Source: Candidatus Latescibacterota bacterium
GTDB taxonomy: Bacteria; Latescibacterota; UBA2968
Reading direction: 5' to 3'
DNA: 64,000 bases
Assembly: GCA_965205975.1 (NCBI GenBank)
Contig: OZ242195.1
Span: 3,232,001-3,296,000, forward strand
Shown: piece after piece, positions 36,630-47,018 of the stretch
How positions within the stretch are numbered: the first letter of the stretch is position 1
Layout of the letters: each line of letters starts with the position of its first letter
The notes under the pieces: model-generated
Databases searched by the model: none
The model's input: only the letters and a program-made list of their open reading frames with translations
What the model was told of the DNA's origin: nothing
Program-made: the position numbers and the translations under genes

Positions 36630-37961
36630 ATGGGAACAGAAAAAAACACAGGATCAGTCGCAGAGTTTTTCAAATTTAACGCGCAAAACACAGATTGGCG
36701 CACTGAAACGACAGGTGGTATAACGACATTTGTGACAATGGCTTATATCGTAGCCGTGAACCCGGGCATCTTATCCGACGCATTGGGCAAAGATTTATTT
36801 CCCGAACTGTTATTCGCAACGTGTGCTTCTGCAGCCATCGCAACAATACTAATGGGCCTTCTGGCAAATTATCCCTTTGCCCTGGCGCCGGGAATGGGCC
36901 TCAATGCGTTTTTTACCTACACAATTGTACTGGGCATGGGCGTACATTGGAAATTGGCCCTGGGCGTAGTCCTCGCCTCCGGACTCTTGTTTTTATTATT
37001 AACTGTATTGCGAGTGCGCGAGGCCATTATCACAGCAGTGCCCCAACCTCTCAAGCTCGCCGCTGCCGCGGGTATTGGACTATTCATTGCATTTATCGGA
37101 TTTAAGAATGCGGGTTTTATTGTCGATGATCAAGCCACGTTGGTCAGCCTGGGCGATGTACGCACGGGACCTGTTGGATTGGCACTGGTGGGACTTTTTG
37201 GTACGGCCATTATGCTGGCGCGCGGCATCCGCGGTGCAATTTTACTCGGCGTAATCGGCGTCACCTTATTATCCATGATTATGGAACTCACGCCCTGGCC
37301 AACAGGTATCACAAGCCTTCCCGTTTGGCCCACCCATCTCTTTGGAGAAGCCATCTATCATCTGCCCCTCGCATTTCACACCGCAGTAATAGAACTCGTC
37401 TTTGCTTTTCTCTTTGTCGATCTATTCGACACCATGGGCACGCTGGTGGGATTATCCGAACGCGTGGGATTCCTGGATAAGCGAGGACGATTGCCGCGCG
37501 CCAACAAAGCACTGCTATCAGACTCTATTGGAACTGTATGCGGCAGCGTATTGGGCACCTCAACAGTAACGACCTATATCGAAAGCGCCGCGGGCATATC
37601 CTCGGGCGCACGCACGGGCTTTGCCAGTCTGGTAACCGGCGGCCTGTTCATCTGCACCTTATTTTTCACACCTCTGGTGCAGGCCATACCGTCCTTTGCC
37701 ACAGCACCCGCGCTCATCGTCGTAGGCGTCATGATGATGGCCCCGGCTGCTCGCATTGCCTGGGACGATATGTCGGACGCCGTACCCGCTTTTTTAACAC
37801 TGATAGCCATTCCCTTAACATTCAGCATTGCCGATGGATTGGCACTTGGATTTATAGCCTATCCCATAATCAAAAGACTGAGCAAAAAAGGCTCCGAGGT
37901 ACATTTTTTTATAGATGTGCTGGCCATCATATTTATTCTCAAATATGTCTTTATGTCTTGA
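36630..37961 (+). CDS. NCS2/AzgA-family purine permease
   Basis: TTFVTMAYIVAVNP, APGMGLNAFF, FDTMGT, YIESAAG..SGARTG. Confidence 0.93.
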   Translation: MGTEKNTGSVAEFFKFNAQNTDWRTETTGGITTFVTMAYIVAVNPGILSDALGKDLFPELLFATCASAAIATILMGLLANYPFALAPGMGLNAFFTYTIVLGMGVHWKLALGVVLASGLLFLLLTVLRVREAIITAVPQPLKLAAAAGIGLFIAFIGFKNAGFIVDDQATLVSLGDVRTGPVGLALVGLFGTAIMLARGIRGAILLGVIGVTLLSMIMELTPWPTGITSLPVWPTHLFGEAIYHLPLAFHTAVIELVFAFLFVDLFDTMGTLVGLSERVGFLDKRGRLPRANKALLSDSIGTVCGSVLGTSTVTTYIESAAGISSGARTGFASLVTGGLFICTLFFTPLVQAIPSFATAPALIVVGVMMMAPAARIAWDDMSDAVPAFLTLIAIPLTFSIADGLALGFIAYPIIKRLSKKGSEVHFFIDVLAIIFILKYVFMS

Positions 37962-38080
37962 AAGTTCCAAATACTGAAATGTTTGCGTGACATTTGCACC
38001 ATTTCGTTTTATTATTTTATTGCAACCAACAATATCCAATTGACACCAAATTATCCGCGACAACCTTCAAGGAGAGTTTC

Positions 38081-40939
38081 ATGCGTGCATTATTTATGAC
38101 TTTTTTTCTACTGTGGAGCACATGCTCGGTCATAGCTCAGGATCTCGGTAGCTTGACTGGAAAAGTGGAAGATGAAACGGGAGAAGCATTATTCGCAGCC
38201 AATGTCATAGTTAAAGGACCTGCTATTGAAGGCACTCGGGGCGCAATCACCAACGACCAGGGAAACTATCGCATTGAACGCTTGCCGCCGGGCATTTACG
38301 AAATCACCATCAGTTATATCGGATATGAAACCCTGGTTGCAACTGGCGCAGAAATCCGCGCAGGCGAAAGCATGACGCGAGATTTCAAACTGACCGCCGT
38401 AGCCCTCATCGGTCAACAAGTCGTCGTATCGGCATCGCGTAAACAGGAAAAAGCCCTGGACGCGCCCGCTTCAATAGCAACGATCGAAGCAGCCGAAATC
38501 AGAGATCGAGGCGTCCTGTCACCGACTGAACATATCAAGACCCTGCCCGGCGTTGACTTTTCCAAAACGGGCATCTCACAAAGCAACGTGGTGGTCCGCG
38601 GATTTAACAACGTATTTTCCGGCGCATTGCTCACACTCGTTGACAACCGCATTGCCCGCGTCCCTTCCCTGCGTTTCAATGCCTTTGATATGATCCCCGT
38701 TACCGGTGACGACATCGAGCGTATTGAAGTGGTTTTGGGACCCGGATCCGCGCTTTACGGTCCCAACACCTCCAGTGGCGTCATGCACATTATCACCCGC
38801 TCGCCATTTGGATCAGAAGGCAATACAATTTCCATATCTGGCGGGCAGCGCAGTGTGCGAAAATTATCACTGCGACACGCCAGCAGCCTCAACAACAAGA
38901 TCGGGATCAAAATTTCGGTTGGGCAAAGTTCAGCCCATGACTGGGAGTACATCGATCCTCTGGAAGTGGAATCACGCGGTTTTAATCCACGCGATTACAA
39001 CGCAAAAAAGACATTGGGAGAACTGAGACTCGATTTTCGACCAACAGATGACCTGACAATCATAGGATCAACGGGTTATACAAAAACAAGCGGTATTGAA
39101 TTGACGGGCCTGGGCGCGGGTCAGGCAAAAGACTGGACCTATAATTTTTATCAAGGCCGCCTGCTCTATCGCGAGTGGTTTGCACAGGTCTTCTTCAACG
39201 CCAGTGATGCAGGTCAAACGAGAATGATCGCAGCCGACGACCCAATTGTAGATAATTCATATTTGATGGTTCTGCAATTGCAACACAGTGCCAATTTGGG
39301 ACAGAAACAACACTTTGCTTATGGCGCTGATGTTCTGCGAACCCGACCCAAAACAGGGGGCACAATAAATGGCATGCATGAAGACATTGATAACATCGAT
39401 GAATACGGGGTCTATTTGCAAAGTGAAACCAGCCTGAGCGATCAAATCGAGCTGGTATTGGCCGGACGCATAGACAAGCACAGCCATGTTGAAGACCCAT
39501 TTTTCTCACCCCGCGCAGCACTGGTCATCAAACCCAGGCCACTCAACACCCTGCGATTGACGTACAACCGCGCATTTAGCACGCCTTCGACCACCAACTT
39601 ATTTTTGGACCGAATCGGCCTCCCCGATCCCTTTGGGTTCGGGGCATTGCAATCGTCATTGGGATTTAATCCAGCAATTGACGTTCGCGCGCAGGGCACC
39701 GCCGGTACCGGATTCACATTTCGCAGAGATGGCAATGGACTGCCCATGTTTCGCTCACCCTTCGCGCCCATCGCGGGCTTGTCAAATGACCACTACTTCG
39801 CCCTGCACGATCCGCAAGGCACCAATTTGATGTGGGGCGCTGCCAGATCAATAATAATGAGTATCCTTTTGGCGGAACTGGAACCTCTCGCAACAGGGCT
39901 TTTCGTAGATCGGCTTGGACTACCACAAGAACAAGCTGCTGCGGTAGCCGCACAACTGGTCGAAGACTTCCCCGGGATCATTCCAGAACAACTGCAGGGC
40001 TTGCAAAATACAGCCGGGACACTGAATACAGCAACGGCGAGTTTTGATCCCGAGCCCGACCTCGCCAATGCAGTGGCAGACATAAACAAAATCGAATCGA
40101 CCATCTCGGAAACCTTTGAAGTGGGATACAAAGGCGTCATCAATAACAAACTCATTCTCGCAGCCGATGTCTATCTAAGCAGAAAAAGAAATTTCACCAG
40201 CCCGTTGCGGATTGTAACACCCAGTGTGTTTCTCGCAGCCGGTCCCTTGAACGAAGCTCTGGAAAACGGAATTACCGAGAACTTAAAAGACCCTGCCAAT
40301 GCGAGTCTCGCAATTGCCATCGGTCTTTTAGATCAGCTCAACCTGCCGGATTTGGGCCTGGTTGGCAATGGCAACGGAACAGGCATAGATGAATTGACGC
40401 AGTTATTTGTATCCAACGCCGCGGGGATTCCCTTTGGCACCATGTCTGCCGAACAGGCATCAGACCCCACTGCGGTCATGGTCGCATATCGCAATTTTGG
40501 TCGCATAACGCTCTACGGTGCCGACCTATCGTTTGCGTATTATCCAAACGAAATATGGACTTTTACCGGCAATTACTCTTATGTCAGCGACGATTGGTTC
40601 CCCAATTTAGACAACATCGGCGACATAGCCCTCAATGCACCCAAGCACAAATTTAATATCGGTATCAATTGCCAACTACCCAATACCCCGATCACCATCC
40701 GCGGGAAATTGAGCTATCGCGGGGGTTTCCCCATGCAATCGGGTGTATATGTCGGCGATGTAGATGCTTATACTGTTTTGGACCTGAATGCCGCATATCA
40801 GTTGCCACTCTCAAATGATCGCTTCAAGATCACCTGGAATGTGGAAGCCAGCAACGTGTTAAACCAGGAATATCGCTCATTTATCGGTGCGCCATTTATT
40901 GGACGCCTAATCTTAACTGGCCTGAATATTCGGTTCTAA
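38081..40939 (+). CDS. TonB-dependent receptor (paralog A)
   Basis: ATG after AAGGAG; VVVSASR, VVRGFN, IERIEVVLGPGSALYG, terminal F. Confidence 0.92.
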   Translation: MRALFMTFFLLWSTCSVIAQDLGSLTGKVEDETGEALFAANVIVKGPAIEGTRGAITNDQGNYRIERLPPGIYEITISYIGYETLVATGAEIRAGESMTRDFKLTAVALIGQQVVVSASRKQEKALDAPASIATIEAAEIRDRGVLSPTEHIKTLPGVDFSKTGISQSNVVVRGFNNVFSGALLTLVDNRIARVPSLRFNAFDMIPVTGDDIERIEVVLGPGSALYGPNTSSGVMHIITRSPFGSEGNTISISGGQRSVRKLSLRHASSLNNKIGIKISVGQSSAHDWEYIDPLEVESRGFNPRDYNAKKTLGELRLDFRPTDDLTIIGSTGYTKTSGIELTGLGAGQAKDWTYNFYQGRLLYREWFAQVFFNASDAGQTRMIAADDPIVDNSYLMVLQLQHSANLGQKQHFAYGADVLRTRPKTGGTINGMHEDIDNIDEYGVYLQSETSLSDQIELVLAGRIDKHSHVEDPFFSPRAALVIKPRPLNTLRLTYNRAFSTPSTTNLFLDRIGLPDPFGFGALQSSLGFNPAIDVRAQGTAGTGFTFRRDGNGLPMFRSPFAPIAGLSNDHYFALHDPQGTNLMWGAARSIIMSILLAELEPLATGLFVDRLGLPQEQAAAVAAQLVEDFPGIIPEQLQGLQNTAGTLNTATASFDPEPDLANAVADINKIESTISETFEVGYKGVINNKLILAADVYLSRKRNFTSPLRIVTPSVFLAAGPLNEALENGITENLKDPANASLAIAIGLLDQLNLPDLGLVGNGNGTGIDELTQLFVSNAAGIPFGTMSAEQASDPTAVMVAYRNFGRITLYGADLSFAYYPNEIWTFTGNYSYVSDDWFPNLDNIGDIALNAPKHKFNIGINCQLPNTPITIRGKLSYRGGFPMQSGVYVGDVDAYTVLDLNAAYQLPLSNDRFKITWNVEASNVLNQEYRSFIGAPFIGRLILTGLNIRF

Positions 40940-40991
40940 AGCTATCTCTCCCATATAGAAAAATCCGGACCATTGCGGTAAGGAGGGTTGG

Positions 40992-43853
40992 ATGCGCGTA
41001 TTGTATATCCTTGCTTTCGTACTGTGGAATGCTTACTCGGTCGTAGCTCAGGATTTCGGCAGCTTGACGGGCAAAGTGGAAACCGAGGAAGGAGAAGCAT
41101 TATTCGCGGCCAATATCGTAGTCAAAGGACCGGCCATTCAAGGCACTCGGGGCACAATCACCAATGAACGAGGTAGCTATCGCATCGACCGCTTACCGCC
41201 GGGCATTTACGAAATCACCATCAGTTATATCGGATATGAAACCATCGTCACAACCGGCGTAGAAATCCGCCCCGGTGAAAGTATAACGCGAAATTTCAAG
41301 TTGGCCGCTGTAGCCCTCATTGGTCAGCAAGTCGTCGTCTCGGCATCCCGCAAACAAGAAAAAGCTCTGGATGCACCCGCTTCAATTTCAATAGTCAATG
41401 CCTCTGAAATCAGAAATCGAGAAGTCTTGACCATGAGTGAATACGTCAAGACTCTGCCCGGCGTTGACTATGCTCAAACAGGCATATCGCAAGGCAGCAT
41501 GGTCGTTCGCGGATTCAACAAGGTATTTTCTGGTGCACTGCTCACACTCGTTGACAACCGCATTGCCCGCATCCCATCGCTACGCTTGAATGCTTACGAT
41601 CTAATCCCCCTTACCAGTGACGACATTGAACGCATCGAAATCGTTCTGGGACCCGGATCCGCACTTTACGGTCCCAACAGCGCCAATGGCGTGATGCACA
41701 TTATCACCCGCTCCCCGTTTGGATCAGAAGGCAATACAATTTCCATATCTGGCGGCCAGCGCAGTGTGCGAAAATTATCACTGCGACACGCCAGCAGCCT
41801 CAACAACAAGATCGGGATCAAAGTCTCGGGTGGATATGTTGCAACCCACGACTGGGAATATGTCGATCCTCTGGAAGTGGAAGCGCGGGGTTTTAATCCA
41901 CGCGATTATAGCACAGAAAGGACAAATGGAGAATTCAGGCTCGATTTCCGCCCAACAGATGAGTTGACACTGATAGGGTCGGTGGGCTATTCAAAAATGA
42001 GCGGCCTTCAACAGACGGATTTGGGCGCGGGCCAGGCAAAAGACTGGACCTATAATTTTTATCAAGGCCGCCTGCTCTATCGCGGGTGGTTTGCACAGAT
42101 CTTCTATAACACCAGCGATGCTGGTGACACGGAACTGATCACAGCCGGTGACCCAATTATAGACAATTCACATTTGATGGTCTTGCAACTGCAACACAAT
42201 GCCAGCCTGGGCCAGAAACAACACTTTGCTTATGGTGCCGATGTACTGCTCACCCGGCCCAAAACACAGGGCACAGTACACGGCATGCATGAAGACAATG
42301 ACGACATCGATGAATACGGGATCTACCTGCAAAGCGAAACCAACCTGAGCGATCAAATCGATCTGATATTGGCCGGGCGTATCGACAAACACAACCATAT
42401 CGAAGATCCGTTCTTCTCTCCCCGCGCAGCACTGGTCATCAAACCCACACAGGAAAATACCCTGCGATTGACGTATAACCGCGCATTTAGCACCCCCTCA
42501 ACCCCAGACTTATTTGTAGATCGAATCGGCGTCCCCGACGTCTTTATGCTGGGGTCAAATTTAAGTCCGATATTGGGATTTAGTCCAGCAATTGACCTTC
42601 GCGCACAGGGTAATGCCGGCACGGGATTCACATTTCGCAGAGACGACAATGGCCTACCCATGTTTCGGACGCCCTTTGCGCCCATAGCGGGCTTGCCAAA
42701 AGATCACTACTTCTCTCTGCACGATCCCCAGGCCACCAATCTGATGTGGCGCGCTGCCAGAGGAGTAATACTGGACGGTCTATTAGCGGAACTGGAACCT
42801 CTCGCAATAGAGCTTCTCGGAGACGGGCTTGGGCTATCACCAGATCAGGCTACTGCAATGATCGAACAACTCGTCGAGATCTTTCCCGGAACTATCCCAG
42901 AACAACTGCCGGGCTTGCAAAATACGGCTGCGACACTGAATGCAGAAACGCAGGGATTTGATCCCATACCCGACCTCGCCAATGCGGTGACAGACATAGA
43001 AAAACTTGGACCCACCATCACAGAAACCTTTGAATTGGGATACAAAGGCATCATCAAAAACAAACTCATTCTGGCAGCCGATGTCTATCAGACCAGAATC
43101 AAAAATTTTGTCAGCCCGTTGCGGATTGAAACGCCCAACGTATTTCTCGCACCCGGTCCCTTGAACGAGGCTCTAACAGACGCGATTACCGAAAACTTGA
43201 AAGACCCCGCCAATGCAAGCCTTGCACTCGTCCTTATTTTTTTAGATCAACTCAACGAGCCAGAGTTCGGGTTGGTTGGCAATGGCAATGGGACAGGCAT
43301 AGATGAATTGACGCAGTTATTTGTATCCAACGCCGCGCTGATCCCATTTGGCACCATAGTACCCGAACAGGCATCGGACCCCACTGCAGTAATAGTCGCA
43401 CCTCGCAATTTCGGTAACATAACGCTCTACGGTGCTGACCTATCTTTTGCGTATTATCCAAACGAAATATGGGCTTTTACCGGCAATTACTCGTATGTCA
43501 GCGAGGATATGTTTCGCAATTTAGACAACATCGGCGACATAGCCCTCAATGCGCCCAAGCACAAATTTAATATCGGTATCGATTGTCAATTGCCCAATAC
43601 ACCGCTCACTATTAGTGGAAAATTGCGCTATCGCGGTGGTTTCCCCATGCAATCGGGTATATATGTCGGCAAGGTAGATTCTCATACTATTCTGGATTTG
43701 AATTTGACCTATCAGTTGCCACTTTCAAATGACCGCTTCACGACCTCCTTAAATCTGAATGCCAGCAATGTGCTAAATCAAGAATACCGATCATTTGTCG
43801 GTTCGCCCTGGATCGGACGCCTGATTACAAGCAGCTTACATGTTCGATTCTAA
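40992..43853 (+). CDS. TonB-dependent receptor (paralog B)
   Basis: Collinear tandem paralog of 38081-40939. Confidence 0.92.
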   Translation: MRVLYILAFVLWNAYSVVAQDFGSLTGKVETEEGEALFAANIVVKGPAIQGTRGTITNERGSYRIDRLPPGIYEITISYIGYETIVTTGVEIRPGESITRNFKLAAVALIGQQVVVSASRKQEKALDAPASISIVNASEIRNREVLTMSEYVKTLPGVDYAQTGISQGSMVVRGFNKVFSGALLTLVDNRIARIPSLRLNAYDLIPLTSDDIERIEIVLGPGSALYGPNSANGVMHIITRSPFGSEGNTISISGGQRSVRKLSLRHASSLNNKIGIKVSGGYVATHDWEYVDPLEVEARGFNPRDYSTERTNGEFRLDFRPTDELTLIGSVGYSKMSGLQQTDLGAGQAKDWTYNFYQGRLLYRGWFAQIFYNTSDAGDTELITAGDPIIDNSHLMVLQLQHNASLGQKQHFAYGADVLLTRPKTQGTVHGMHEDNDDIDEYGIYLQSETNLSDQIDLILAGRIDKHNHIEDPFFSPRAALVIKPTQENTLRLTYNRAFSTPSTPDLFVDRIGVPDVFMLGSNLSPILGFSPAIDLRAQGNAGTGFTFRRDDNGLPMFRTPFAPIAGLPKDHYFSLHDPQATNLMWRAARGVILDGLLAELEPLAIELLGDGLGLSPDQATAMIEQLVEIFPGTIPEQLPGLQNTAATLNAETQGFDPIPDLANAVTDIEKLGPTITETFELGYKGIIKNKLILAADVYQTRIKNFVSPLRIETPNVFLAPGPLNEALTDAITENLKDPANASLALVLIFLDQLNEPEFGLVGNGNGTGIDELTQLFVSNAALIPFGTIVPEQASDPTAVIVAPRNFGNITLYGADLSFAYYPNEIWAFTGNYSYVSEDMFRNLDNIGDIALNAPKHKFNIGIDCQLPNTPLTISGKLRYRGGFPMQSGIYVGKVDSHTILDLNLTYQLPLSNDRFTTSLNLNASNVLNQEYRSFVGSPWIGRLITSSLHVRF

Positions 43854-43865
43854 CGCTGGTGGAAA

Positions 43866-43927
43866 AGATGCTTCGGCTCCGTTCCACTCCGCTCAGCATG
43901 ACAAAACGCCTGACATGCGTAACATCA
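43866..43927. repeat. Family-3 half element
   Basis: AGATGCTTCGGCTCC...GCTCAGCATGAC...TGCGTAACATCA. Confidence 0.8.
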
Positions 43928-43933
43928 AAAATG

Positions 43934-43967
43934 AAAAAATCCGAATCGCAATGATTCGGATTTTTTT
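43934..43967. terminator. Bidirectional terminator
   Basis: AAAAAATCCGAATC-GCAAT-GATTCGGATTTTTT between convergent genes. Confidence 0.85.
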
Positions 43968-43979
43968 ATTCTCAGCGAT

Positions 43980-45170
43980 CTACCCAAGCGGCTGATACGG
44001 CCGGGATTCTGGATCGCGTTCGGGAAGCCCCAAACTGTCCCAAAAAATTGTGTGCTCAAATGGCGCAAGGCGAAAATCCGGAATGGGAACTGGCGCACCG
44101 CCCAACTCGGCGGATTTATTTGCCAAAATCCCCGGCAGACAGTATTCAATAGCGCGATACACATCAATCGGCGATGGCTTGCCAGCGAGAATAGACTGTG
44201 TAAAATGTCGGGCGAGTTTTAAGTCTGCACCGCCGTGACCTGCAGAAGTATCATCGCCATGTGCGCCAAGACCAACGGGTAAAACCTCCCAACCACTGCG
44301 ATGATCTGCCCCTCGGGAAAATCGACGAGCGTGTTTTTCATAGCTAAACCATTCGGCACCGCCCTCAACGCCAAAAATGCGATATCGGTGTTCAGAAGGT
44401 CGAGCCGTATTCAGCGTAACCATAATTTTAATAAGCGCACCCTTCGCTGTTTCGAACACCGCGATCTGGCCGTCGGAACGCAGAGGCGCGTCGGCACTAC
44501 GGAATGGCGCGCTGCGACAAGAGACAGAAACACAGCGGTCATCAATCACTTCGAGCAATGGCCCCAGGTCATGCGTCAGATATTGAATAGGAGGTTGATC
44601 GGCACGCCAGATCGGCATTGTATCCGCATAACCGGCTGCTCGCGCTCGAGTCGGCGTATGCCGCGAACTATCGGGGCGAAAAAGCGTACCCGGCAAATGG
44701 TGAATATATTCGCCTTCGGCAATGGAAATAGGGCCAAAGCGATCTTCGGCAACCCACTTGCGGAAATAGCGAAAAAAATCCCAATAACAGGTATTTTCTC
44801 CCAGCATATACGTTTTGCCCGTGTATTCAACGGTTTGGCGCAAATTCATACACTCTTCTTGCGTATAAGCACCGGGAACTTCAGAAAGCACATGACAACC
44901 CGCGCGCATCGCCTGGCAACCGTGTTCCACCTGTAATTTGCCATTTGTAGCAACCACAATAGCATCGGGTTTGAGATCGAGCAAATCGTCAAACTCGGGC
45001 AAAATCGGAGCCGATGCACCAACCGACGCTATATGTTGCTCGGCGCGTTCTCTCAAGCGTGAAAAGCGGTCGCAAGCACCAATAACCTCAGCCTCTTCCA
45101 GAGCGAGAAAATTCCTGAAATGCGTAAAACCGCGACCGAGGCCCAGAATACCAACTTTGAGTTTGTCCAT
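43980..45170 (-). CDS. Gfo/Idh/MocA-family oxidoreductase
   Basis: KVGILGLGRG, HVLSEVP, HGGAD. Confidence 0.88.
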   Translation of the reverse strand: MDKLKVGILGLGRGFTHFRNFLALEEAEVIGACDRFSRLRERAEQHIASVGASAPILPEFDDLLDLKPDAIVVATNGKLQVEHGCQAMRAGCHVLSEVPGAYTQEECMNLRQTVEYTGKTYMLGENTCYWDFFRYFRKWVAEDRFGPISIAEGEYIHHLPGTLFRPDSSRHTPTRARAAGYADTMPIWRADQPPIQYLTHDLGPLLEVIDDRCVSVSCRSAPFRSADAPLRSDGQIAVFETAKGALIKIMVTLNTARPSEHRYRIFGVEGGAEWFSYEKHARRFSRGADHRSGWEVLPVGLGAHGDDTSAGHGGADLKLARHFTQSILAGKPSPIDVYRAIEYCLPGILANKSAELGGAPVPIPDFRLAPFEHTIFWDSLGLPERDPESRPYQPLG

Positions 45171-45190
45171 AGTTAAACCCCTCAATATGC

Positions 45191-45315
45191 GAATCTACGA
45201 ATCTACGAATCTACGAACCCCACCCATCCTCCCAAAATCTGTGTGTATCGCCATTCGTCTATTCGTCTATTCGTCTATTCGTCTATTCGTCTATTCGTCT
45301 ATTCGTCTATTCGTC
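45191..45315. repeat. Facing 8-bp arrays: (GAATCTAC) x3 and (ATTCGTCT) x7-8
   Basis: Counted directly; the second array supplies the pheT stop codon. Confidence 0.9.
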
Positions 45316-46999
45316 CACCAGACACAACGCGAATATCAACCTCAAATGCACTGACGGGATAATTTATACCCCAGGTTTCGAGAACGCTGGGATGCACTTC
45401 ACCAATAAGCCCGTAAACGCGCTCACCTATGTGGATCTCGCCACTGCGACCAGGCAAAAATGTGGGATGATCAATCGGCGCAATAGTATATTCAAAATTA
45501 AAATAATAGGATAACACCTCGAGAAAGCTCTGAACACCGGACAAATTGGCCTCGTCACTCGCTTCGAGCGCGCAAAGATGAATATCTGTGCGCGTACCGT
45601 AATCTTCCCCCGGCGCGAGAACCCCCACCTCACCCACTTCAAAAATCCGATGCGGGTACAACGCACGGCGGCTTGTCGCTTCGGTCTTCAACAAACCGGG
45701 CAACAAAGACCCTCGAATCGCGCTGTAATTTTCGGACATGGGATTTGAAATCGAAATAATCTTTGCATCCGGATTATTCATATCCACGGTCTGTTCTTTT
45801 TGGGAACAAAGAATCGGCAAAAAGACCTCTTGAAATCCGCTCCCAACCATGAGATTGCGAAATCGGTCTGCAAGATCCTCTTCTGATGCGGCTTTGCCAA
45901 CCGTAAAATCCCGGGGCATTTCGGGTTCAAAAGCCTCGTACCCCACACCGATCACAACATCTTCCACAACATCGACGGGATGCAAAATATCATCGCGATA
46001 AGGTGCTGGACGCACTTTGATACTCCGCTCTTGCATGTCAATATCCCGATAACCCATCGCGCTGAGCGCGGTCTGAATCTGCCTTATCGAAATATGTGAC
46101 CCAACCACTCTGTAAATCTCATCCACATCGACCTGCAACGGCTCAGTCAGATCATAGGGACACGTCACAACCTGTCCCCTCGGTGTGTGAAATGGATACC
46201 GCACCGTCACGGGATAAATGCGACCGCCCCGATCAGCCATATTGACCGCCATAATCGCCATAGACAAAAGAATAGCGTCGAGTTCGGGACCCGTTGCTTC
46301 GCAAAACAAAAACGCATCCCCCACCTCAACGCGCCCCAGACTCTGGCTATTAATCACAGGCGGCATCGAAAGAACCTCGCCGCGCGAATCGCGGATCAGG
46401 GGAAACCTATCCTTCCCCTCGAGAAGATGTGCATACATCCTGCCCGTGGGATGATCGGACAAAATCTGTCGCAAAGACATCTCATCTTCAAACTCCAGAG
46501 GAACAAAAGCCGTCACATCGGGATCAACCGCATCGTATCGCACCGGATACACAATATCGGACGCATCGTAAATCCCAATCGCAACAACACTGCGACCTCG
46601 CCCATATCCATCGGCGAGTTTTTCCTGCGCCTCGATAAGCGCGTCAAGTGCCGCATCATCAATCGCAATACCCTCACACGCAAAAGCGGCAATATAGGGA
46701 CGGACATCTCGCAACCCGGGATCGACAATAACCTCCCGTTCCTGCGAGACGCCAGACGCATCAAAAAAAGAATAGTCTGGCTGAACATTCTCCCGATGGC
46801 TTTTGAGCAACCGCGCAAGCCCCTCTCCCGACCACAAATCGGGACGATTGGTATCCTTGAGCTGAATGCGAAGCGTATCGCCCTCTTCAGCATCAATCTC
46901 GGCCTTCGCAGTTTCAAGCGCAGCACTCAGGCTCTCCGACGAATAAACCTGCCCTGCGAGACGTTCAAAATCGGGTTTATTAACTGTAATCGTTGGCAT
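45299..46999 (-). CDS. pheT: Phenylalanine-tRNA ligase beta subunit, archaeal/eukaryotic short type
   Basis: 566 aa; DTNRPDLWS, MPPVINS, YRDDILHPVDVVED, YPHRIFEVG; lacks bacterial B2/B8 domains. Confidence 0.93.
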   Translation of the reverse strand: MPTITVNKPDFERLAGQVYSSESLSAALETAKAEIDAEEGDTLRIQLKDTNRPDLWSGEGLARLLKSHRENVQPDYSFFDASGVSQEREVIVDPGLRDVRPYIAAFACEGIAIDDAALDALIEAQEKLADGYGRGRSVVAIGIYDASDIVYPVRYDAVDPDVTAFVPLEFEDEMSLRQILSDHPTGRMYAHLLEGKDRFPLIRDSRGEVLSMPPVINSQSLGRVEVGDAFLFCEATGPELDAILLSMAIMAVNMADRGGRIYPVTVRYPFHTPRGQVVTCPYDLTEPLQVDVDEIYRVVGSHISIRQIQTALSAMGYRDIDMQERSIKVRPAPYRDDILHPVDVVEDVVIGVGYEAFEPEMPRDFTVGKAASEEDLADRFRNLMVGSGFQEVFLPILCSQKEQTVDMNNPDAKIISISNPMSENYSAIRGSLLPGLLKTEATSRRALYPHRIFEVGEVGVLAPGEDYGTRTDIHLCALEASDEANLSGVQSFLEVLSYYFNFEYTIAPIDHPTFLPGRSGEIHIGERVYGLIGEVHPSVLETWGINYPVSAFEVDIRVVSGGRIDE

Positions 47000-47018
47000 T
47001 TTTACTCCTGCTATTCAC

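Noticed and set aside
36420..36630. Purine or glycine riboswitch upstream of the NCS2 permease
   Set aside because: Only a short GGGAG-AGAC-CTCCC hairpin; conserved purine and glycine aptamer cores are not present.
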